Assembly: GCA_964354495.1 (NCBI GenBank)
Contig: CAYHAA010000033.1
Location: 1 to 12,167 of the forward strand
Direction: 5' to 3'
DNA length: 12,167 nucleotides
DNA from: an uncultured archaeon
Lineage (GTDB): Archaea > Asgardarchaeota > Thorarchaeia > Thorarchaeales > Thorarchaeaceae
Numbering within the stretch: the first letter of the stretch is position 1; every line of letters starts with the position of its first letter. The position numbers were made by a program, and so were the translations under genes. Below the pieces are notes generated by a model. It saw nothing but the letters and a program-made list of their open reading frames with translations. It did no database searches and was not told where the DNA came from. Below are positions 4,496-12,167 of the stretch, piece after piece.

Positions 4496-7450
4496 TTATT
4501 GATAACCAAGTGCTTTAGCTCTGTCGTAGGCCTTGGTGCTCTCTTCCATCTCTCCAAGCTTTTTCAACACGTTTGCCATGTTATGCCAAAGACCCGGATT
4601 GTCCGGACTGATTTCTATTGCCTTTGAAAAGGCAAACTTTGCCTCAGTGAGTCTTCCCAGTTCTGAGCGAACAATTCCAAGATTGTTCCAGATCATGAAC
4701 GAATCTGACTTCACAACCAAAAGAATCTCAAGAGCCCATTCTGCGTTCGTAAAATCCCTTTTCAACATGGCCCCTTCAGCTAGTTTCATCAGTACATCAT
4801 AATAATCAGGGTCAATGTCTTTGATTTTTGATAAGTCTGTTTCTAGCATCAGACTCTTTTTTGCTCTGAAGAAATCAAATTTGAATATATAGAAGCGAGA
4901 AAGATAAACGCACAATTGATTAGGAGTTCTCGAAAGCTGCCGAGCTTTTGCCATTGAATCATCCGATTTGCTGACCTCGCCTAGTTCATAGTATGCGATG
5001 GTAAGATTTACGTAAATCTCTGAAGTTTCGAGATTCAGCTCAATGGCTCTTTCAAACGCTTCTGCAGACTCCCTGTACTTTCGTTGTCTAAGTAGGATTT
5101 GACCATGCAAAGCATGTAATTCTGCTCGATTCTCATCATATTTCAAAGCGCTGTTCGTTTTTTCCTCAGCGCTTTCTAAATCGTTCTTTAGAAAATAATA
5201 CTCAGCAAGATTCGCTAGCGACAAACTAAAAGTCGGATCAAGATTCAACGCTCTCTCGAATTCTATTCTAGCATCCTCGATTCTGCCTTTCTTCTTTAGA
5301 ATCACTCCATGATTATTCAATAACAATGGAGATTTGGTGTTTCTAGATATTCCTTCCAGCACTACTTTTTCTGCTTCGCCAATATCATCCAGACCAATCA
5401 GAACATGGCTTAGTTCAACATAAAACTCTGCATCGTCTGGTTCTAATCTGATGGATTCTCTTAGGTAAGGTAACCCCTCACAATCTCTTCCTAGTGCAAA
5501 TAGCATCTTTCCCAAATTATACTTGTACCGCCCTACATTACTGGCCAAATCCATAGCATACTTCATTTCTTCAAGTGCACGGGATGTATCTCCTTGCTTC
5601 CAGAGCGATTGAGAAAGATTCGCGTGAAGCGTGGGATCATTAGGTTTTTGCTTAATAGCAGCTTCATACTGCTCTGTTGCTTGCTTGAATTTGCCCTGAA
5701 AGAATAGGAGTGCACCATAGTTTCCGCGCGCTTCAACAAATTGGTCGTCGATTGATAGGATAGTTCCATAGATCTGTTCGGCCTTTTCAAAAGCACCCTT
5801 TTTAAAATGGAACTGCCCTACATTGTACAGACTATACTTTATATTAGCATCCGGATTCTCCCAGGTTGCGATCTTTTCAATCACAAAATCAAATATGTAA
5901 TCCAATTGGTATATTGCTGCATGAGAAGATAAGACCAATAGAAAAGCCGACCCAATTCCCATAGATGATCTTGATGGTAGAGATTTGATATAGTCTAGAT
6001 ACATTTCGTACAACTTAATATCTACCCTTGAATCATTATCCATAGAAAGAAAATCCTGAAGTACTATGGCACACGCATATCGAAGCAATCGAGCAAGTTC
6101 AACATGTGTACATATCAGGAACTGCTTTTGCGCTGGCCCAACCAATATCTCGAGAAGGTGCTGTGCATTCAATAGTTGTCCAATTGTGGCCGATAGGGGT
6201 TTGTGAATAATCGACTCCAGAAATGCACTTGAAACAACTGACCCTACTTGCGAAAACGGTGCGATTATTCCAAGGGTCAATATCCCCAGCTCTCTATCAT
6301 CTAGAACTTTCAATCTCCGTTCCAGAGCGACATCTGCCACTCTTGGATAGGAATCTGGTATTAGCTTCTGAATGTCGGAATCCAAATTCCCTCTGATCCA
6401 TTTTAGGACCTCGCAGAATTCAATCAAACTTCCAGTTTCGGAAAATATCTTGCTGAAATCCAATGTAGGTTTCATTCCTACAATTTCCGAGAAACGATTG
6501 AGCAGCAATTTGGCGACCCCCTCACCCCGCTCGATTACAAGGGTAGGAATTCTTCTGATGAAATCCCCAGGGGGTCTGGGGCTAATTGTCTTCGTTACTC
6601 CAAGTCCAATTGGTTCATTTGGGATTGTAGGGACTGTAGCAATTCGCACTCCACCAATATGTGTCACATTCGAATCTTGTTTAGGTGATTCAATTGCATG
6701 TGCTCGGGTTTCAATACAGAGAACACGAATCTTAGTTCCCAGCCTTAGAAGGTCATCTTCGCGAAGATTCTCTATGGCGTCAAGCAGACTATTCAGCTGA
6801 TTCCTATTTGTGTGGACATTATCAAGAACAATCAGATTTCTCTTCCTCAGTGAGCAGAGCCAATCTCGGACTTCCGAGATAGTGCTTACAGTGAATAGCT
6901 CTGAAGTATCTGAGTAGAATGTTCTCCATCCGAATTTAATAAGCTCAAAGCAAAAACGAAGTGCAGTAATTGTCTTGCCGACACCTGATGGACCAGCGAC
7001 CAGCGCCATTCTTACGTTCTTGTTCGCATCCTCCTTGTTTATCTCTATACCAAAAAGACTTCCTGCTTCTACTCCGATTTTCTTCAGGATAAGGCCGCCA
7101 ATATTGTCTGGCATTACGATGTAGTCTTTTTCGAAGTCCACTCGGTGAGGCTTTTCCCTAAGTATCTCAGGGCTGTCATTCTCTAGCTTTGGAAACATAC
7201 GGTTGAAATCTCTTATCGACGGTGGTGCTGGCAGCTCCTCAAAATAGCCATGTATGAATGTTGCAAGGCCTATTAGTGCTCCAAGCATTCCTGACAGAGC
7301 TTCAATAATCTGTAATGCATTGGCAAGTGCTGGCTCTAAAAGTGCCTGCAACCTCACGGTAATCAGAACAAGGATGACACTAAGAATCGAAACGGCAAAT
7401 GCAACCACGCTTATTTCCGGCAAGCTGACTCTCAAATCGTGAACTCCCAC
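4496..7450 (-). CDS. Membrane-anchored STAND-class P-loop NTPase with a C-terminal TPR array (NLR/Avs-like), 984 aa
   Basis: Two hydrophobic segments (aa ~13-32 and ~46-70). Walker A GPSGVGKT (aa 153-160, nt 6971-6994), Walker B LIVLD (D210), sensor-I-like LCIETR (R249), GxP-like TGSL, MHD-like THVELA. About 13 TPRs of ~34 aa from aa ~537 (nt 4499-5842). Confidence 0.92.
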   Translation of the reverse strand: MGVHDLRVSLPEISVVAFAVSILSVILVLITVRLQALLEPALANALQIIEALSGMLGALIGLATFIHGYFEELPAPPSIRDFNRMFPKLENDSPEILREKPHRVDFEKDYIVMPDNIGGLILKKIGVEAGSLFGIEINKEDANKNVRMALVAGPSGVGKTITALRFCFELIKFGWRTFYSDTSELFTVSTISEVRDWLCSLRKRNLIVLDNVHTNRNQLNSLLDAIENLREDDLLRLGTKIRVLCIETRAHAIESPKQDSNVTHIGGVRIATVPTIPNEPIGLGVTKTISPRPPGDFIRRIPTLVIERGEGVAKLLLNRFSEIVGMKPTLDFSKIFSETGSLIEFCEVLKWIRGNLDSDIQKLIPDSYPRVADVALERRLKVLDDRELGILTLGIIAPFSQVGSVVSSAFLESIIHKPLSATIGQLLNAQHLLEILVGPAQKQFLICTHVELARLLRYACAIVLQDFLSMDNDSRVDIKLYEMYLDYIKSLPSRSSMGIGSAFLLVLSSHAAIYQLDYIFDFVIEKIATWENPDANIKYSLYNVGQFHFKKGAFEKAEQIYGTILSIDDQFVEARGNYGALLFFQGKFKQATEQYEAAIKQKPNDPTLHANLSQSLWKQGDTSRALEEMKYAMDLASNVGRYKYNLGKMLFALGRDCEGLPYLRESIRLEPDDAEFYVELSHVLIGLDDIGEAEKVVLEGISRNTKSPLLLNNHGVILKKKGRIEDARIEFERALNLDPTFSLSLANLAEYYFLKNDLESAEEKTNSALKYDENRAELHALHGQILLRQRKYRESAEAFERAIELNLETSEIYVNLTIAYYELGEVSKSDDSMAKARQLSRTPNQLCVYLSRFYIFKFDFFRAKKSLMLETDLSKIKDIDPDYYDVLMKLAEGAMLKRDFTNAEWALEILLVVKSDSFMIWNNLGIVRSELGRLTEAKFAFSKAIEISPDNPGLWHNMANVLKKLGEMEESTKAYDRAKALGYQ

Positions 7451-7485
7451 TAGACTTGTAGTTGTCTACTGATTTCATCTCTTCG

Positions 7486-7493
7486 CTTATTAA
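7486..7493 (-). promoter_or_regulatory. Candidate TATA box (TTAATAAG) for the STAND-TPR gene
   Basis: 36-43 nt upstream of the GTG start at 7450. Confidence 0.3.
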
Positions 7494-7554
7494 TCCCTAC
7501 TCCAGCGTCAATGAACTCACGAGTTCTAGTCCACTCATAACCAGTGATGCCAAA

Positions 7555-7845
7555 TTATGCCCTGAACTTGATGCCTTTGGTCCTCTTGGGCTGCATACCA
7601 AACAAACTCTCATCCGAAGTCCGCCTTCGGTTCTTGTATAATTCCATTTCATATTGAGTTTGATTGTTAAAGCCAAGAACAGCGAGGATTACTTTTGTTG
7701 ATTTTGAACGTTGGCGATTCCGTTTCTTCCTGTCAACTTCGTGAGTTCCTTCATAGAGATGAGAAAATAGTGCGCGTCGAAGCTGGAACAAAGATAGTCC
7801 CTTTTCAAAGGAATATCGAACTTGTTTTTCGAATTCTTCCTCCAT
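7555..7845 (-). CDS. Hypothetical basic protein, 96 aa (possibly a fragment)
   Basis: ATG start, co-oriented and ~105 nt upstream of the STAND gene. An overlapping plus-strand ORF (7695-7898) is an equally unidentifiable alternative. Confidence 0.3.
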   Translation of the reverse strand: MEEEFEKQVRYSFEKGLSLFQLRRALFSHLYEGTHEVDRKKRNRQRSKSTKVILAVLGFNNQTQYEMELYKNRRRTSDESLFGMQPKRTKGIKFRA

Positions 7846-8254
7846 TTTACATGCCCACCCAACTAATCATGTTTCTCAGGGAAACCATTTTCGATTAATT
7901 ACCATCATTCTCAGTAGTCACGAGTGGCGAACTCCTGCTAAAGAGTACACGTTTCTAGGTAATTGTTGCATTTTAGGCACTTTGTAACCATAGAACTCCA
8001 CTATGAACAATGCTTTTACAAAAATGAGCACTATTATTCGAGATTAACAGTCCAGAATCTCAATTCTTGTTGAATTCGCACCATAAAGCGCTCATGTTAG
8101 ACTTCTATCAAGAAACAAAGTATCAATACTATATCTTGCACCTGATATCTCATCGACACATCCTATCATAAGCTTGGTGGGAGTAGAAAAGGTAAGCAAA
8201 GGATTACATTTCAGGTGAAAATCACTGCAATGGAAACGGGTCGCGCTACTATCA

Positions 8255-8659
8255 ATGCTCCTTATTGCACTAGCATTGCCCCTAGCATTTTCAACTGCTG
8301 ATACGATGCCACTCTACAGCACACAGATAGAAACGCGTCGGACTGATTGTATCGAGCCACTTCAAACTATCACGCCTTTTGATCAAGCAATAGTGTCTAA
8401 CGTCAATCAATACGTTTACAGCTGGGAAAGTTTCAGCGGCCATGGAGATATTCATGATTTTGTGAATCTGATTGATGTTGATTCTGATTATGCCCGACTT
8501 GTAGAAGTTGACATCGACACAACTATTTTTGTTGCGTTCTCACTTGAAAGAGCTGCTGATGGGATTGACCCATTAGACATTGACCGATATGTATCCATAC
8601 TTCTAGAATATATTGAGAGCTATTTCCTAAGGGAGGGTTCATTTAGTGAAAGAACTTGA
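8255..8659 (+). CDS. Hypothetical acidic protein, 134 aa (alternative start ATG 8306)
   Basis: Overlaps the next gene by 14 nt and contains its SD. 14 Asp + 9 Glu versus 7 Arg and no Lys (hand count). Hydrophobic N-terminus if the 8255 start is used. Confidence 0.55.
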   Translation: MLLIALALPLAFSTADTMPLYSTQIETRRTDCIEPLQTITPFDQAIVSNVNQYVYSWESFSGHGDIHDFVNLIDVDSDYARLVEVDIDTTIFVAFSLERAADGIDPLDIDRYVSILLEYIESYFLREGSFSERT

Positions 8660-10463
8660 TGAATTCCCTAGGGATGGGGAGAATCTCGATTATATGAAGA
8701 GGCTAACCCCAAAAGGCCGTTCTACTATTCTTACAGCAGTCAACTCTGAGTTTTTGTCCTCTAAGGAACGAAACATTTTAGTCAAAGAGTTAGCAATCAG
8801 GTTTTCTGCGACATGTGCCGACCCAGAAGACTCTATTTCAGAAAGGAAGGCAAAGTCAGAGCTTCGTGCAAAAATATCCCCTCCTATTTTCAGAGGTATA
8901 GAAATCATGTCGGTTGAAGAGATTAAGAGCGTTCTATCCCGTGAATATCCCGGCTTAAAAGATCGAGAAGATATCGCGAAGCTGCTAAGAGTAGTTGAAT
9001 TTCATATCAACATCTCAAAACAGTATACTACAGGCGACCCACTTCCACGAGGATTATGCTCCAAGCTCGAAAGAGAATACAACATTCCTCACAAGGAAGT
9101 GAAGAGAATACTATGCGAAGGAGAAACTCCTTACCTCTTTTCGCATTTAGACAAGGCGTTTAGTGTTAAACAAGCCAATGAATTGCTCTCTAGAATCGAA
9201 GCGAGTTTGAATGGTGTTATAAATCTGCAAGCATTGGATAGTCGGTTGGATAGTTATTATCTTGAGCACAGCTTGCTGAAGCACAAGCAATATACTAAGC
9301 ACAGAGAGTCTGCAGTGAAGTTCTTTCGTTTCCTTGATTACTTACCTCAAGGTGGATTCTGTACTGATACTGCTAAACTGGCAGATATTGGAACATGGGA
9401 TGTTCAGCGTTGGGCTTTAGAGGAGAAAAAACCAAGGCATATCGAGATTGCACGTCAAATTCCAAGCAAACCTCCAAGAACTGGTCACAAATGGTTGCCC
9501 CTCAAGATACAAAATGACCATGTTCTTGAGCGGTTCATAGAAGTTCCGACAGAAATCTTCTCGCCATCTACAATTCTAGAGTTATTGGATAATCTTCCGG
9601 TGCTGAGAACTAGATTGATGGAAAGGTATGAGCGTGAGTTTGGAGAACTGCCTAAACCTCTTGCTTTGATGTATTCTCTAGGAGTGATAGTATCAGATGG
9701 CACTTTTGGTCCCTCTGCGGGTGGTAATTCATCATGGGTATCTCTTACAGCAAGCAAGAAGTATTCATGGCATAACGTCCTTGGGGCAGGATTCTGTTAT
9801 TGTTTAGGCAAGTTAGGAGTATCTGCAACAAGAAAGTCCGATATGATAATAGAAAAAGATGGAAAAACATTCGTTAATAGTTACTGGAGAGCTAGTAGTA
9901 CTCCATTTTTGCTTTGGATGAAACAGGAGTTGCTCGGACTCAAGAATATGACACCTAAGAGCAATTCCTCTATTCAAGCAGATTGGATATTGAAAATGCC
10001 GCCTGAGTGGAAGACTCTATTCATACAAGGATTAGCTGATGGAGATGGGTGGGCAAGTACACGCGGTTTTAACACAGGAATATCAACTGCAAGAAATCAG
10101 GAATTTGTAGAACGCATTTTTCATTCTCTGGGTATCACAGCTTCAAAAACACCCAGTGCTGTTTTGATTGCAAATAAGGAAGATATCAGACAAGCAAAGC
10201 AACTACCTCTCTTCCGGCATGCGACCGAACGACAAGAAAGATTGGAAACTCTGGTTACTATGTTTGACTCGATGACAGGCAAATGGATTTCTGGAAAAGA
10301 AAAAGAAATAGTAGTGGATTTGTATGAAAAGGGTCTATCAGATGGCGAGATTTCAGAGGTACTATGGAGGAATTATGGGGTTTCAAGAAATCCTAGAACA
10401 CTTCATGGTTTTGCCAGACGTAATGGATGTAAAAAGGATGAGTCAGACGATTGGCGTCCGTAA
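8646..10463 (+). CDS. Free-standing double-motif LAGLIDADG endonuclease-family protein with N-terminal repeats and a C-terminal HTH, 605 aa
   Basis: Motif 1 SLGVIVSDG (D351, nt 9696) and motif 2 IQGLADGDG (D467, nt 10044). C-terminal HTH-like IVVDLYEKGLSDGEISEVL..YGVSRNPRTL. SD GGAGG before GTG. No intein splicing motifs seen. Confidence 0.88.
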   Translation: MKELDEFPRDGENLDYMKRLTPKGRSTILTAVNSEFLSSKERNILVKELAIRFSATCADPEDSISERKAKSELRAKISPPIFRGIEIMSVEEIKSVLSREYPGLKDREDIAKLLRVVEFHINISKQYTTGDPLPRGLCSKLEREYNIPHKEVKRILCEGETPYLFSHLDKAFSVKQANELLSRIEASLNGVINLQALDSRLDSYYLEHSLLKHKQYTKHRESAVKFFRFLDYLPQGGFCTDTAKLADIGTWDVQRWALEEKKPRHIEIARQIPSKPPRTGHKWLPLKIQNDHVLERFIEVPTEIFSPSTILELLDNLPVLRTRLMERYEREFGELPKPLALMYSLGVIVSDGTFGPSAGGNSSWVSLTASKKYSWHNVLGAGFCYCLGKLGVSATRKSDMIIEKDGKTFVNSYWRASSTPFLLWMKQELLGLKNMTPKSNSSIQADWILKMPPEWKTLFIQGLADGDGWASTRGFNTGISTARNQEFVERIFHSLGITASKTPSAVLIANKEDIRQAKQLPLFRHATERQERLETLVTMFDSMTGKWISGKEKEIVVDLYEKGLSDGEISEVLWRNYGVSRNPRTLHGFARRNGCKKDESDDWRP

Positions 10464-10510
10464 TTGAATGCTGTATCTGAGTATAGGTTTTTGATGAGCT
10501 AGGCACAGGT

Positions 10511-11332
10511 TCAATATTCTTTCTTCGAGCCCATTTGGTCTCGATAGTGCCGCCCAAAATCAGAGAGTTTCTTTAGCTGCACTCCTGTGAACACAGGTCC
10601 GTCCAGACAGACCAGATCACCTGTGGGATCCATTGCACAGGTACCACAGATGCCGCAGCCACATTTCATGAACCGCTCCAGGGATGCCTGAAATCCAATA
10701 CCTGCCTTGGTAGCCAGTTTAAACAACTCAGCCATCATCAGTTCTGGGCCACATGTATAGAGTGTATCGAACTCCCTAATATTCAGAAGTTCTATCACGC
10801 CTTCAGCAGCCATCCCTTTGAACCCGGAACTTCCATCATCAGTCGTAGTTACCAGTCTGAACGCACTGCTAGTCTGCTCAGAGAACTCCTTGTGAAACAC
10901 AAGGTCATTCTTCGTCTTGGCCGCGATAAGCAGGGTGACTTCTGCACCTTCTTCAAGAAGACTGTAGACAAGTGGTCGCAATGGCGCCATTCCAGCACCC
11001 CCACCAACAACAAGCGCTCTCTTGCTGTGGGTATCGAACGGTTTCCCAAAAGGGCCCCGTATTCCAATCCAGTCGCCAGCGGTCATAGAAATCAATGCCC
11101 TTGTGGCATCACCTATGTTCAAGACAGTTATTTCTGCCGCCGGAGGGGTCCATTTTGATATGCTCATGGGGACTTCGTCGACTCCGGGGGCCCATACCAT
11201 CAGAAACTGACCAGGGCGGAACTTCGTAGACTCGTTCATACTGAACCGCAGCGTCCGGCATCTTGAGGTCTCCGGGATGATCCCTGAGATCTTGACTGAA
11301 ACAAAATTCCCCAGAAGATCCCCTATTCTCAT
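10511..11332 (-). CDS. pyrK: Dihydroorotate dehydrogenase electron transfer subunit (FAD/NAD-binding, 2Fe-2S)
   Basis: FRPGQFLMVW, IRGPFG, VVGGGAGMAPL, YTCGPELMM, and the 2Fe-2S motif MKCGCGICGTC...VCLDGPVF. ATGA overlap with the pyrD stop. Confidence 0.95.
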   Translation of the reverse strand: MRIGDLLGNFVSVKISGIIPETSRCRTLRFSMNESTKFRPGQFLMVWAPGVDEVPMSISKWTPPAAEITVLNIGDATRALISMTAGDWIGIRGPFGKPFDTHSKRALVVGGGAGMAPLRPLVYSLLEEGAEVTLLIAAKTKNDLVFHKEFSEQTSSAFRLVTTTDDGSSGFKGMAAEGVIELLNIREFDTLYTCGPELMMAELFKLATKAGIGFQASLERFMKCGCGICGTCAMDPTGDLVCLDGPVFTGVQLKKLSDFGRHYRDQMGSKKEY

Positions 11333-12167
11333 GTTTCAGGCCTCCGTGCGGCTCCAATTATGTCATCTGCACTCTTCAGACCCAGTTGCTCAATGTATCT
11401 GCTCACACCAGTCTTGACCTTTGAAAAGACCTCAATGTCATTCATCACAGCAGTTCCAATCTGTATAGCACTCGCGCCAGCGAGATGCATCTCCACAGCA
11501 TCCTCCCAAGTTGATATGCCACCCACTCCGATGATGGGGACTGAGAGTGCACCAAAGAGGTCATAGACACACCTGACAGCGATTGGAAATATCGATGGTC
11601 CTGAGAGCCCACCAATCATATTTCCCAGAATCGGTCGCTGCTGATGAATATCTATCCTCATAGCTCGAACTGTGTTTATGGCCACAATGGCATCTGCGCC
11701 TGCATCCTGTGCAGCCTTTCCCACGGAAACATAATCAGAAGCATTAGGGGTCAGCTTTGCAAAGACTGGTATGTCGACGACCTGCTTTGCAGCACTCACA
11801 AAGTCAAATGTCAGTTTAGGACTGTGGGATATCTGGCTGATCTCTGCATGAGGGCACGAGAGATTCAGCTCGATTGCTGATGGCTTCATCCGTGCAGCCT
11901 TCTCAGCAATGTCTGCAATCTCCTGTGGAGTATCACCAAAGATGCTCATGACAACCGGAATGTTGGCCTTTCGTAGCAACTTCATTTCGTTCTCAAAGGC
12001 GTCTATGCCAGGGTTCGTCAGGCCAACCGCATTCAGTAGGCCGCCATGACTCTCTGTCAATACTGGACCGGAATTGCCTTTTCGTGGTCTGAAACCGATG
12101 GATTTCGTGACGACCGCATCAGCTCCAGAGTTGACTACTCTGATCATTGTGGAGGCAGCAACACCTA
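11329..12167 (-). CDS. pyrD: Dihydroorotate dehydrogenase family 1 (1B-type) catalytic subunit, 5'-truncated by the window edge
   Basis: VVTKSIG, NAVGLTNPG, catalytic ELNLSCPH, KLTP, AINT, GGLSG, IIGVGGI, GASAIQIGTA. The frame stays open upstream of the track's ATG 12147 (..GVAASTMIRVV), so the true start is outside the window. Confidence 0.96.
   Translation of the reverse strand, partial: GVAASTMIRVVNSGADAVVTKSIGFRPRKGNSGPVLTESHGGLLNAVGLTNPGIDAFENEMKLLRKANIPVVMSIFGDTPQEIADIAEKAARMKPSAIELNLSCPHAEISQISHSPKLTFDFVSAAKQVVDIPVFAKLTPNASDYVSVGKAAQDAGADAIVAINTVRAMRIDIHQQRPILGNMIGGLSGPSIFPIAVRCVYDLFGALSVPIIGVGGISTWEDAVEMHLAGASAIQIGTAVMNDIEVFSKVKTGVSRYIEQLGLKSADDIIGAARRPET

Noticed and set aside
4533-7442. 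ORFs 4533-4802(+), 5563-5796(-), 6372-6800(+) and 7254-7442(+)
   Set aside because: All lie inside the 984-aa STAND-TPR gene, in antisense or alternate frames.
7790-7910. In-frame TGA codons upstream of ORF 7555-7845 as selenocysteine
   Set aside because: No redox-motif context or recognisable selenoprotein family; stop density matches non-coding expectation.
8690-9757. Minus ORFs 8690-8908 and 9485-9757
   Set aside because: Antisense shadows of the LAGLIDADG gene.
8646-10463. LAGLIDADG domain as part of an intein or group I/archaeal intron
   Set aside because: No N-terminal Cys/Ser Hint block, no terminal His-Asn, no split host gene or rRNA/tRNA flanks; the gene has its own SD, start and stop.
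10849-11880. Six short ORFs overlapping pyrK and pyrD
   Set aside because: Shadows of unambiguous housekeeping genes.

Overview
Archaeal window, most likely Asgard (Thorarchaeia-like). This is an inference from rps30e, GGTGA/GGAGG ribosome-binding motifs and 24-aa 'IDLxPL' leucine-rich repeats. Housekeeping genes sit at both ends: rps30e (283-444, missing from the ORF track) and a pyrD-pyrK pair (10511 to the right edge). Between them lies a ~10 kb accessory region of mosaic base composition. It encodes an HNH nuclease-like protein, two convergent LRR proteins, a 984-aa 2xTM-STAND NTPase-TPR (NLR/Avs-like) protein, a small acidic ORF coupled to a free-standing double-motif LAGLIDADG protein carrying several HTH-like modules, and some decayed ORF remnants. 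The most notable signals are the membrane-anchored STAND-TPR receptor next to stand-alone LRR genes, the multi-HTH LAGLIDADG with both catalytic Asp retained, and an LRR gene whose repeat register continues through two in-frame TAG codons. All calls are from reading the sequence by eye; no searches were run.
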